A stretch of 64,000 bases of DNA from Gammaproteobacteria bacterium (GTDB lineage Bacteria; Pseudomonadota; Gammaproteobacteria; Eutrophobiales; Eutrophobiaceae), in the NCBI GenBank assembly GCA_965116495.1, contig OZ220696.1:1568001-1632000 (forward strand), written 5' to 3'. Every line of letters starts with the position of its first letter. Position 1 is the first letter of the stretch. The translations under genes were made by a program, and so were the position numbers. The notes beneath the pieces were generated by a model that did not search any database, was not told where the DNA came from, and saw only the letters and a program-made list of their open reading frames with translations. Positions 30,917 to 40,088 of the stretch are shown piece after piece.

Positions 30917-31393
30917 ATGACTGATATCCTGTTCCGGATTGAAACCTCTGTGCTGGGCCAGTTGATGCGGGACAGCACCTGGCTTTTCCCCGCGGCTGAA
31001 ATTCTGCATTTCATGGGACTTTCCCTGCTCATCGGGTCGCTGCTGGTGGTGGATTGCAGGCTGCTGGGTTTCGCCCGCGGCTTCCCGACTGCCGCCGTAT
31101 ACCGTTTTTTGCCCCTGGCCCTGGCTGGTTTCAGTATTAACCTGGTTACCGGGGTCATGTTCTTTTTCAGCGATCCGTTTCGTTATTACCCTAATTTCGC
31201 CTTCCGGATGAAAATGTGTTTTATCATCCTGGCGGGACTGAACGCGTTATATTTTGCCCTGAACGCACACAGAACGGCCAATCAACCCGGTGTGGGAGAT
31301 GCAGGGGCAGCGATTAAAACAGTTGCCGGTTTGTCTTTTTTATTCTGGATAGGGGTCATCATATGCGGACGGATGATTCCTTACGTGGAATGA
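30917..31393 (+). CDS. DUF6644-like membrane protein (copy 2)
   Basis: WLFPAAEILHFMG...DCRLLG; ends IICGRMIPY; paralog of 28791..29291. Confidence 0.8.
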   Translation: MTDILFRIETSVLGQLMRDSTWLFPAAEILHFMGLSLLIGSLLVVDCRLLGFARGFPTAAVYRFLPLALAGFSINLVTGVMFFFSDPFRYYPNFAFRMKMCFIILAGLNALYFALNAHRTANQPGVGDAGAAIKTVAGLSFLFWIGVIICGRMIPYVE

Positions 31394-31436
31394 ACCAGAC
31401 ACAGCCGGAACAACTTCAGCAATTCGTAATGCCGCC

Positions 31437-31871
31437 TCATGGACCGGCCATGCACCCCGGTTTTACCGCAACCCAGATCAGGTCGATCGGTTGATCTCCG
31501 GAATTCTGTGACTCGTGCTCCGCTTCCAGTCCAAGCCCCTCACTGCTCCAGCCAATCTCGCCATCAGGCGATACCGAAGTCTCAATTTTATCTCCAAAAC
31601 GAACCGTCCACTCACCACCCTTGACATGTATATAAAGCTGATTCGGCGGATGTCCGTGGACACCTTCCCATTGCCCGGGCGGAATGATAAATCTCTGCAC
31701 TACAACAGTGTCGTTATCAAGTAACGTCTCACCGGGGATATTGGGGTAGAACTGGTGGCAAGGGCTTGCCGGCCCACCTGCCCCGTGCGCTGCCAGCGCG
31801 ACAAGACTTAGCAGAAACAGCGACACAATTTTCTTGCCGTAACCAAGTTGTTGCAGGTTAACTCCGGGCAT
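31437..31871 (-). CDS. Exported cupin-domain protein
   Basis: GGAGGA SD before ATG 31871; signal peptide; cupin motifs PPGQWEGVHGH and HESQN. Confidence 0.8.
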   Translation of the reverse strand: MPGVNLQQLGYGKKIVSLFLLSLVALAAHGAGGPASPCHQFYPNIPGETLLDNDTVVVQRFIIPPGQWEGVHGHPPNQLYIHVKGGEWTVRFGDKIETSVSPDGEIGWSSEGLGLEAEHESQNSGDQPIDLIWVAVKPGCMAGP

Positions 31872-31917
31872 AATGTATCCTCCGATTGTTGTTTTCTGGA
31901 TATTTGAAATTGTTGCT

Positions 31918-33654
31918 TCAGTCAAACTGCAACTCGGCCAGCCGGGCATAGATCCCTTCCTTGGCCGTCAGGCTGTCATGGGTACCGCTATCCACTATCC
32001 TGCCCCTGTCCACCACGATGATCCGATCTACCTTTTTTACGGTGGCAAGGCGGTGGGCAATCACTACCACCGTCCGGTTTACTATCAGCTTTTGCAATGC
32101 CTGTTGCAACAGGTTCTCGCTTTCGGCGTCCAGCGAACTGGTTGCCTCGTCAAGCAACAATATCGGCGGATCTTTCAATACAGCCCTGGCTATGGCGATT
32201 CGCTGCTGCTGGCCGCCGGACAGGCGGGCGCCTTTTTCGCCCAGGACGCTCTGGTAGCCCTGCGGCAGTTGCCCGATGAATTGGTCGGCATGGGCTGCCA
32301 CCGCGGCGTTGACGACTTCCTCGTCCGTTGCCTGGGGATTGCCGAAGCGGATATTTTCCAGGACGCTACCGGAAAATAACACCGTTTGCTGGGGCACGAT
32401 GCCGATCCGTTTCCTGAGCTTGCGCAGGTCCGCAGTGCGGATATCAACGCCGTCCAGCAGGATAGAACCGGAGCCGGGATCATAAAACCGCAGCAACAAC
32501 TGGAACAGCGTGCTTTTGCCGGCGCCGGACGGCCCCACCAGCGCCAGGGTCTCACCGGGAGTGATATCCAGTGAAAACCCGTCCAATGCCAACTGCCCGG
32601 GACGACTGGGGTAGCTGAAGCTGATGTTATCTATCAGCACATGGTTATTGCCGGCAGCGGGAAACGGGCGGCTTTCTCCTGAACTGGTAATTGCCGGCCT
32701 CTGGTCGAGAATACCCATTAACCTTTCCATGGCTCCGGCCGCGCGCTGCACGTCGCTCCAGACTTCCCCTATCGCCGTCGTGCTGCCCGCGACCAGCGTT
32801 GCATAAAACAGGAACTGTATCAGCGTACCTGCCGATACACTGCCGTCTATGACGAAACGGGCGCCGGTCCACAATACGACCACGATGGCGCTGAACGCGG
32901 TTAAAACGATGATGCCTGATAACAGCGCCCCTATGGAAAGACGCCGTTTTGCCGCCTGGAAGGAGCGTTCCACGGCGTCACTGAAGCGGCGGCTTTGCAA
33001 TGATTCCATGGTAAATGCCTGGACGATATGGATTGCATTCAACACCTCCCCGGCTATCCCGCTGGAATCGGCCACCCGGTCCTGCGTTTCACGGGACAGT
33101 TTTCTCACTTTCTTTCCGTAGTACCAGACGGGTAGCACTACGACAGGCAATAAACCGAACAGCAACATGCTGAGGCGGGAACTGGTGACGAACAACATGA
33201 TCAGGCCGCCGGCCAGGATAAATGAGCTGCGCAAGGCGATGGAGACGCCGGCCCCAACCACGGACTGTACCAGGGTGGTGTCGGTGGTCAGCCTGGAGAG
33301 TACCTCGCCGGACTTGGTAACTTCAAAGAACGCCGGGTCCATTTTAATGACATGTTCGTACACGGCGGAGCGGATATCCGCGACCACCCGCTCGCCGATC
33401 CACATCACCGTGTAATAGCGTAATGACGAGGACAAGGCGTAGATCAGCGACAAAATCAATAACGCGATGAAATAGATATCAAGGGATTGGCCGTTTTCGC
33501 CGGAAAAACCGCGGTCAACAACCAGCCTGAGGGAGACCGGCATCGCCAGCGCAGCCAACGCGGCGATCGTCAGACAAGCCAGCGCGAACAATATCCTGCC
33601 CGTGTAAGGCTTCAGAAAAGGCAGGGAGCGCCGTAGTGGTTTAATCTGGGACAT
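31918..33654 (-). CDS. ABC exporter, fused permease/ATPase (MsbA-like family)
   Basis: TM domain + GPSGAGKST, LSGGQQQR, LLLDEATSSLD; start moved to ATG 33654. Confidence 0.93.
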   Translation of the reverse strand: MSQIKPLRRSLPFLKPYTGRILFALACLTIAALAALAMPVSLRLVVDRGFSGENGQSLDIYFIALLILSLIYALSSSLRYYTVMWIGERVVADIRSAVYEHVIKMDPAFFEVTKSGEVLSRLTTDTTLVQSVVGAGVSIALRSSFILAGGLIMLFVTSSRLSMLLFGLLPVVVLPVWYYGKKVRKLSRETQDRVADSSGIAGEVLNAIHIVQAFTMESLQSRRFSDAVERSFQAAKRRLSIGALLSGIIVLTAFSAIVVVLWTGARFVIDGSVSAGTLIQFLFYATLVAGSTTAIGEVWSDVQRAAGAMERLMGILDQRPAITSSGESRPFPAAGNNHVLIDNISFSYPSRPGQLALDGFSLDITPGETLALVGPSGAGKSTLFQLLLRFYDPGSGSILLDGVDIRTADLRKLRKRIGIVPQQTVLFSGSVLENIRFGNPQATDEEVVNAAVAAHADQFIGQLPQGYQSVLGEKGARLSGGQQQRIAIARAVLKDPPILLLDEATSSLDAESENLLQQALQKLIVNRTVVVIAHRLATVKKVDRIIVVDRGRIVDSGTHDSLTAKEGIYARLAELQFD

Positions 33655-33659
33655 TTTAT

Positions 33660-33757
33660 CGTCATTCCATCCAAGGCCGGATTCCAATCAACAAATGGAC
33701 ATTATCATAGACAATGAAGTATTTTTCGACTGGATTCCGGCTTTCTCCGGAATGACG
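33660..33757. repeat. 98-bp REP-doublet (REPIN-like) element
   Basis: cgtcattcc...ggattcca / tggattccggc...ccggaatgacg arms; reverse-complement homolog of 49159-49256. Confidence 0.85.
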
Positions 33758-33805
33758 AACGAAGAAAACCGGTATGACGAACGATGGAAACCGGAATCAC
33801 ACTAT

Positions 33806-33847
33806 ATATTCGAGGTATAACTCACCATATTCGAGGTATAACTCACC
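33806..33847. repeat. Perfect 21-bp tandem duplication
   Basis: atattcgaggtataactcacc x2. Confidence 0.9.
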
Positions 33848-33899
33848 GGTTTGTCAACTATGCTAGAATTACGTATCTGCGCCATACCGTTAAGGTACT

Positions 33900-34226
33900 A
33901 TGTCGAAAAAACCGATCTTCAAAGTAATATTTCATAACCAGGGCAAGATATACGAAATCTATGCCCGAAATGTCCAGCAGGGCGCCATGTTCGGTTTTGT
34001 CGAGATCGAAAACCTGGTATTCGGGGGAAAAAATGCACTGGTGGTCGACCCCACGGAAGAAAACCTGAAATCCGAGTTTAATCACGTCACCCGCACATAC
34101 ATCCCCATGCATTCCGTCGTCCGGATTGACGAAATGGACAAGCAGGGTAGCGCCAAGATAACGGAATTCGACGATAAAGAAAAAAATATCATGCCTTTCC
34201 CGCTGTACACCAAGGGCGGAGAATAG
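33900..34226 (+). CDS. DUF1820 family protein (copy 1)
   Basis: KVIFHNQGKIYEIYA...VVDPTEE.L..EF..V.RTYIPMHSV.RIDE. Confidence 0.88.
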   Translation: MSKKPIFKVIFHNQGKIYEIYARNVQQGAMFGFVEIENLVFGGKNALVVDPTEENLKSEFNHVTRTYIPMHSVVRIDEMDKQGSAKITEFDDKEKNIMPFPLYTKGGE

Positions 34227-34245
34227 GGAATAGCGGTCTGCTGCA

Positions 34246-35247
34246 ATGTGGATGGATTTTCTGTATGAATACGGCCTGTTCCTGGTAAAGTTCGGAACGG
34301 TAATCGGCGGGGTGGCAGTGATTGCCTTTCTCGTCACTATGCTGAGAATGCGCAGCAGGGTTGGGCAGGACGGACACCTGGAAGTCAAACACGTCAACCA
34401 GAAATTTGACCATGCGAAGCTGATGCTGGAAGCTGCGACCCTGCCCAAGGGAAGCTTTAAAAAATCCGAGAAAGCATATAAGGAGAAACAGAAAAAGGCT
34501 GAAAAATCAGTCGGCAAGGACAGAAAGCGTATTTTTGTGATCAATTTTAAAGGTGATGTCCGGGCGGATGAAGTCGCTTCCTTGAGGGAAGAAATTTCCG
34601 CCATCCTGACAACGGCCGGCAACGCGGATGAGGTCCTTGTAATCCTGGAAAGTGGTGGCGGCACAGTGCATGGTTACGGACTTGCCGCATCGCAACTGGG
34701 AAGGATAAGGGAAAAAGGCATCAACCTGACGGTCGCAGTCGACAAGCTCGCAGCCAGCGGCGGCTACATGATGGCCTGTGTCGCCAACAGTGTCATTGCG
34801 GCGCCGTTCGCTATCATAGGCTCCATCGGTGTACTGGCGCAGATTCCCAATTTTCACAAGCTGCTGAAGAAACACGATATTGATTTTGAGCAGATATCCG
34901 CCGGCAAATATAAGCGGACCTTGACGCTGTTCGGTAAAAATACGCAAGCGGACCGGGAAAAATTGCGCGCAGAAATCGAAGAAACCCACGAGCTTTTCAA
35001 ACAGTTTGTACGGGAAAACCGCGTGCAGGTCGACGTGGAGGAGATTTCAACCGGGGAACACTGGCACGGCAAAAAAGCCCTGGAACTGGGACTTGTGGAC
35101 GCCCTTAAGACCAGCGATGATTACCTGGGTGAAGCGGCAGAATCCGCTGATATCTATGAAATAAGGTTTGCGCGTAAAAAGTCCTTTTCGGAAAAACTGT
35201 TTTCATCTGCGGCCAAACTGTTTCATGATGAATTCAGTAATTTCTGA
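34246..35247 (+). CDS. sohB: S49 family protease SohB
   Basis: YGLFLVK N-terminus, LESGGGTVHGYGLAASQL, AASGGYMMAC, AGKYKRTLT. Confidence 0.95.
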   Translation: MWMDFLYEYGLFLVKFGTVIGGVAVIAFLVTMLRMRSRVGQDGHLEVKHVNQKFDHAKLMLEAATLPKGSFKKSEKAYKEKQKKAEKSVGKDRKRIFVINFKGDVRADEVASLREEISAILTTAGNADEVLVILESGGGTVHGYGLAASQLGRIREKGINLTVAVDKLAASGGYMMACVANSVIAAPFAIIGSIGVLAQIPNFHKLLKKHDIDFEQISAGKYKRTLTLFGKNTQADREKLRAEIEETHELFKQFVRENRVQVDVEEISTGEHWHGKKALELGLVDALKTSDDYLGEAAESADIYEIRFARKKSFSEKLFSSAAKLFHDEFSNF

Positions 35248-35292
35248 GATGTGCTAAAATTAAACACTTGCACACCATTCGGTTAAGGAACC

Positions 35293-35619
35293 ATGCCAAA
35301 AAAACCGACCTACAAAGTCATATTTCATAACCAGGGCAAAATTTATGAGATCTATGCCCGGAATGTCCACCAGGGGGCCATTTTCGGTTTCATCGAAATC
35401 GAAAAACTCGTGTTTGGAGAAAAAGATTCGCTGGTGGTAGATCCGACGGAGGAAAATCTGAGATCGGAATTCAGCCATGTCACCCGCACTTACATTCCCA
35501 TGCATTCCGTTATCCGGATTGACGAAATGGACAGGCAAGGTATTGCCAAGATAACGGAATTTGACGAAACAGGGAAAAACATCATGCCTTTTCCGCTCTA
35601 CACGAAGGGTGGAGAATAA
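35293..35619 (+). CDS. DUF1820 family protein (copy 2)
   Basis: 90/108 aa identical to copy 1 by manual count. Confidence 0.88.
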   Translation: MPKKPTYKVIFHNQGKIYEIYARNVHQGAIFGFIEIEKLVFGEKDSLVVDPTEENLRSEFSHVTRTYIPMHSVIRIDEMDRQGIAKITEFDETGKNIMPFPLYTKGGE

Positions 35620-35701
35620 CTCAACTGACACCGTTCGAGAACGGGGACTCATGCTGCAGTTCCCCGGGTTATAACACTCCAAAACACCGTAAACAGGCTG
35701 C

Positions 35702-36913
35702 TTGCCGCGTCCCATCGACGAAAGAAAAGGATACTGTCCACTCGTGGAGATTACCATCAAACAGACAAACAGCCTCAACCACGTTGATAAAACAAAATGG
35801 GATCAACTGGATATCGATGGCAACCCGTTTCTGAAATATGAATTCCTGGAAGGCCTGGAACGCTTCAAGTGCCTGGAAGGACATGGCTGGGAGCCTTGCC
35901 ACCTGCTGGTATCAACTGAAGACACGCTGCTGGGGGCGATGCCGCTGTATATCAGGGACAACTCGCATGGGGAGTTCGTGTTTGACTGGGCCTGGGCTGA
36001 TGCCTTTGAAAAAGCCGGCGGCAGGTATTATCCCAAGCTGGTATCGGCCATCCCCTTCACACCCGTATGCGGCCCGCGCATACTCATCAACCGGTCTGCG
36101 GGTAAAGACCGGGATACCAAGGCGTTAATCATCAGAACGGCGACGGAACTGGCCGAACGCGCACGCGTGTCCTCGCTCCATTGCCTGTTTGCCGAGAAAG
36201 ACGACCAGGAAGTCCTGGCGGACAGCGGCCTGTTGTTGCGCAAAACCTGCCAGTTTCACTGGCATAACCGCAACTACCGGGATTTCAACGACTTTCTGCA
36301 GGGTATGACTTCCAAGCGGCGCAAGCAGGTAAGGCGGGAACGCAAAGCAATCAGGGATGCAGATATCGAGATAGTGCGACTGCGCGGCGCCGACATCACC
36401 GAGGAACACTGGGCCGTATTTTATGAGTTCTACTGCAATACATTCTACAGCCGCTGGGGCAACCCCCGCCTGACACTGGATTTTTTCCACCACCTGAGCA
36501 CGGCCCTGCCCGATAACACCCTGTTGATACTGGCAAAACAGGGCACGGAGTACGTCGCCGGCGCCTTTGCCATGATGAGCGATACCACCTTGTATGGCAG
36601 ACACTGGGGCTGCAACAAGTACCTCGCCAACCTGCATTTTGAGTTGTGCTACTACCAGACTATCGATTATTGCCTGGAAAACGGGCTAAGTTCGGTTGAT
36701 GCGGGGGTCCAGGGCGAACATAAGCTGAACCGGGGGTTTGAACCGTTCCTGGCCGTGTCCGGCCACTGGATCCACCATCACGGTTTCCGTAATGCGATAG
36801 ACAATTACCTGCAACAGGAGTCCGCACAGATGAATGCTTATCTCGACACCCTTAAAGAGCACTTGCCATTCAGGGAGATCGACTGTGAAATCAAAGGGGA
36901 CAGACTCGATTGA
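35702..36913 (+). CDS. GNAT/FemAB-like protein (DUF482-type); likely GTG start near 35744
   Basis: SHGEFVFDWAWA, YYPKL..IPFTP, LYGRHWG, LHFELCYYQ, GVQGEHKL.RGF. Confidence 0.9.
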   Translation: MPRPIDERKGYCPLVEITIKQTNSLNHVDKTKWDQLDIDGNPFLKYEFLEGLERFKCLEGHGWEPCHLLVSTEDTLLGAMPLYIRDNSHGEFVFDWAWADAFEKAGGRYYPKLVSAIPFTPVCGPRILINRSAGKDRDTKALIIRTATELAERARVSSLHCLFAEKDDQEVLADSGLLLRKTCQFHWHNRNYRDFNDFLQGMTSKRRKQVRRERKAIRDADIEIVRLRGADITEEHWAVFYEFYCNTFYSRWGNPRLTLDFFHHLSTALPDNTLLILAKQGTEYVAGAFAMMSDTTLYGRHWGCNKYLANLHFELCYYQTIDYCLENGLSSVDAGVQGEHKLNRGFEPFLAVSGHWIHHHGFRNAIDNYLQQESAQMNAYLDTLKEHLPFREIDCEIKGDRLD

Positions 36914-36967
36914 TTTTACAACAGCCGTAGAATTAATGGGGTTTGGAAATCAATCGAGTCTGGCTCC
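36896..36967. repeat. REP-like inverted repeat between convergent genes
   Basis: ggggacagactcgattgatt...aatcaatcgagtctggctcc; supplies the GNAT stop codon. Confidence 0.75.
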
Positions 36968-36979
36968 ATTGATTTTGAT

Positions 36980-38128
36980 TTAGCAACTGAAGGGGCCCGC
37001 GCACCAATTTGCCAGTGCATCCGGTATGGGCGCCTGGTTCTGCTCATGACGGTACCCGGATGAGGCCGGGTAGGCATGCCTTCTAAGGCGGTTCAATTGT
37101 CCCAGGGGACGGTGTTCCGGCAGGGAATGCCACGGTGCAAACGACAGGTTCTCGCAGAATTGAGCCTGCTCCGCACCCGAGAAATCCTGTTTGGGAATGG
37201 TAATCGTGGCCAGGGGTATAAACGGGGCATCCTCCTCAGACCACTCCCGGGTTGCATCATCCAGGGACATGTCAGCATTGCCAGCCTGCTGTACCTGTAC
37301 CTGGAAGATGAAACAACCACCTGTGCCGGCCAGTTCTTCCTGCAACTGATCCCGTAGAAAGTCGGGCTTCGTATTCTCATCGATGATCGGTTCCCGGTCA
37401 GTCCGGCTGTTGCAGGGGCGGGCGCTGAACTTGATGTTGTGGGGGCCCAGCCTGTACGGCGTAATGCTGTAATAAGCGGGGTCCAGCAGGCTCGCCGGCG
37501 GGGGGGAGAGCACGCGTTTTCCGGCGAGCAATTCCCTGATGCGCCAGTTGAACGGATTCCAGCCCGGGAAAAAGAATGCTTTCAGGTTCTCCGGGTTGGC
37601 AACGTAAAAATTATAATCCGGCATATTCCTGACGAAAAACACGGGCGTGTTTGCCATCAGGAAGTCCTGTGTCGCACTATCGGCATCACTCTGTTGCAGG
37701 GGTTGCCCGTTTATTTCCATCAGCTTGAGCGCCATACCCCTGGCATCGTTCTTGTAATCGTTGCTGGTTTTCAGATCATAATGACCGTTTGAAAACCGTA
37801 CCCAGCTTTTGTAACGTTTGCCCGGTTGGGAAAACACGCCGTAACTGTAGTCGCTGCGAATATCCTCCAGCACATCGAAATAAGACCGCAGGCAGGCATG
37901 CGCCTTGGCATGCGCGCCGCGGGCCACGTAACCGGTCCGATAGTCCTCCACCAGCTTTTGAAAACCTGCCCGGGTGGCAGCCGCCTGCTGCGCTTCATCC
38001 TCCCTGAATACCTCCCGGCTGTAATCAACCTCCGTACAAGCAATCAGAATAACGGCAAAAACCAGCACAGACACGGCCCTCAGGCAACTGATAAACAGCC
38101 TGTTTACATAGCAAATGCTGATTCGCAT
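36980..38128 (-). CDS. Catalase-like heme lipoprotein (small catalase-related family)
   Basis: Lipobox-like LIAC; RGAHAK distal His, RFSNG, QDFLMAN distal Asn, NRLRRHAY proximal Tyr. Confidence 0.88.
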   Translation of the reverse strand: MRISICYVNRLFISCLRAVSVLVFAVILIACTEVDYSREVFREDEAQQAAATRAGFQKLVEDYRTGYVARGAHAKAHACLRSYFDVLEDIRSDYSYGVFSQPGKRYKSWVRFSNGHYDLKTSNDYKNDARGMALKLMEINGQPLQQSDADSATQDFLMANTPVFFVRNMPDYNFYVANPENLKAFFFPGWNPFNWRIRELLAGKRVLSPPPASLLDPAYYSITPYRLGPHNIKFSARPCNSRTDREPIIDENTKPDFLRDQLQEELAGTGGCFIFQVQVQQAGNADMSLDDATREWSEEDAPFIPLATITIPKQDFSGAEQAQFCENLSFAPWHSLPEHRPLGQLNRLRRHAYPASSGYRHEQNQAPIPDALANWCAGPFSC

Positions 38129-38145
38129 AATCCTGACCTGATTCC

Positions 38146-38270
38146 AATTAAGAATTAAAAATTACGAATTTGGAATGAATGTGCCGCCTGCGGCGGCTGA
38201 GTATTGTGATAACTCCAATTCCTAATTCTTAATTCCTAATTCCTAATTCTTAATTCTTAATTCTTAATTA
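38146..38270. repeat. Inverted arrays of AATTCyT/AATTAnG heptamers
   Basis: AATTAAG AATTAAA AATTACG AATTTGG ... 7x AATTC(C/T)T. Confidence 0.85.
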
Positions 38271-39989
38271 CAGTGTCTTCATATATTCCAGCAATGATCC
38301 GATTTCCGCATCGGTCAGGGGAGGCATGCCGTCTGCGCCGGTACCGTACTCATGTCCTGCATTGCTGTTGCCCGGCAGGCTGGTGTCAAACAGGAATACG
38401 CCAGGCCCTGGCCGGTTAACATAGCCCACTCGTACCGGATCGTATTCCCAGGAACCTATGTGAAACGTCCTGCTCCGGTCGGCAGCCGGCAGCAGGAGTT
38501 CGTACAGGTTCGGCACCGAGCCGTTATGCAGGTACGGCGCCCCGGTCCAGATGCCGTTCAACGGCCTCGCCTTGTACGCCAGCAAGGCCCGGTCGGACAC
38601 TTCCTTGCCATGCTCCAGGATGTCCCCGTCAAGGTACTTGGGCGGATGTATCACGTCGGGATGACCCATTTTTTCGGCATCCCGGATAGCCAGCAGGCTT
38701 TGCAGCGGATTGTTTCTCAGGACCCCGCCCATCAGGTTGTTCGCCACGTACAAGGCAGGTTCTTCGGCGCCCATGATCGCACCGGCAAAGTAGAACCTGG
38801 GCTTATCCCTGAATATGCCGGTCTTCCCGCGCAACTGGAGCACATTCTCCGCCATTTTCGGATCGGTCCCCAGCTTCTCCAGGCTGCCCATTCTCACCTG
38901 TATCTTGCGCCGGGGATCGGTGCGATCGATGTCCTGGTGACAAACCAGGCAATATTGCCCGTACAATCTCCGCCCCTGCGCTGCCTGACCCTGATCGATG
39001 GCGGGGAAAAATTCCGGCCACAGGGGTGATTGCAGTTCGGCCACCTTTTTTTCAACGGCGCGCAGGTTACGCGTATGCACGGACGAGGCATATCCCGCAT
39101 CGTAGAAATACAGCCAGGTCGCCGGGGTCGTCTCCACCCTGCCGAACACCCCGATTACTTCACCGACGTTCCTTGCCAGCGCGCCGATATTGGAATTGGC
39201 CTGGGAACCGTTCCACTCCACGTAGTCATGCTGCGGGGTATCCCACAGGTAGGGATAGCTGGTAGGGGCATCAGGCTCGTTGAAATTGCCTTCCACTCCG
39301 GTCGCCGCCAGGCCTTTATTGAGGATTGCGCCGAATGCATCCAACCGGGTATAGCCATATGGGACGCGGGTATGGTTACGGCGGTTGGTATCGCTTACCC
39401 GGGCGTGTTCCACGTCGAGCAGCTGTTTCAACTCGAGAAATTCCTTCTGCGTGGGTCCGTCAGCATAATACCGCCTTCCCAGCCGGGTCAATTTTTCACT
39501 GTCCACGGCAGTCGCCGAGAGTGATTTCTGCAGGTGGCCCAGGAACATTTGCAGGTCCAGCATCGCCTGACCGCCGTCAATGCGCAGCAACTTGCCGTCA
39601 TAGCGAATGTGCTGGGTATGACAGGCCGCACAGGTCAACCCGACATTGTCGCCGTCCCGTGCAAACCCGACGGGCAATGCGCCAGGGTTCATTTTCGACT
39701 TCTCTCCGGGCAGAAAGCCGAAGCGCATCATGTTGAGCGGGTCGCTCAATAACGCCGTGTTGTCGTGTTGCTCCAGGCGGATGAACAGTTCGTAAGACAG
39801 CAGGTTCGAACCCTGGTTAAGGTGATAAAACCACTGTCGGTCGGCATCATCCCAGTTCTGCTCCAGGTAAATGATATTGCCGGGGTCCAACGCCGCTTCA
39901 TCCTGCAGGCCGGTAAGCCGCTCTGCCTGCGCCCCAACGCTGAATAAAGACAGCGCAAGGATAAGGGATTGTGAGGTCTGGCTGGACAT
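38268..39989 (-). CDS. Di-heme c-type RoxA/MauG-related oxygenase/peroxidase
   Basis: Signal peptide; CAACH and CLVCH; YKARPLNGIW.GAPYLHNGSVP motif. Confidence 0.88.
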   Translation of the reverse strand: MSSQTSQSLILALSLFSVGAQAERLTGLQDEAALDPGNIIYLEQNWDDADRQWFYHLNQGSNLLSYELFIRLEQHDNTALLSDPLNMMRFGFLPGEKSKMNPGALPVGFARDGDNVGLTCAACHTQHIRYDGKLLRIDGGQAMLDLQMFLGHLQKSLSATAVDSEKLTRLGRRYYADGPTQKEFLELKQLLDVEHARVSDTNRRNHTRVPYGYTRLDAFGAILNKGLAATGVEGNFNEPDAPTSYPYLWDTPQHDYVEWNGSQANSNIGALARNVGEVIGVFGRVETTPATWLYFYDAGYASSVHTRNLRAVEKKVAELQSPLWPEFFPAIDQGQAAQGRRLYGQYCLVCHQDIDRTDPRRKIQVRMGSLEKLGTDPKMAENVLQLRGKTGIFRDKPRFYFAGAIMGAEEPALYVANNLMGGVLRNNPLQSLLAIRDAEKMGHPDVIHPPKYLDGDILEHGKEVSDRALLAYKARPLNGIWTGAPYLHNGSVPNLYELLLPAADRSRTFHIGSWEYDPVRVGYVNRPGPGVFLFDTSLPGNSNAGHEYGTGADGMPPLTDAEIGSLLEYMKTL

Positions 39990-40039
39990 GATTCAATCAA
40001 GAATTGTAAATCATTGCGATCAGACTGCACATTCTACAC

Positions 40040-40085
40040 AATTCCTAATTCGTAATTCCTAATTCCTAATTCGTAATTCCTAATT
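40040..40085. repeat. AATTC(C/G)T heptamer array
   Basis: 6 tandem units. Confidence 0.9.
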
Positions 40086-40088
40086 GAC

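Noticed and set aside
31918-33654. ABC exporter as the T1SS pump for the RTX proteases
   Set aside because: Generic MsbA-like exporter with no adjacent HlyD adaptor or TolC.
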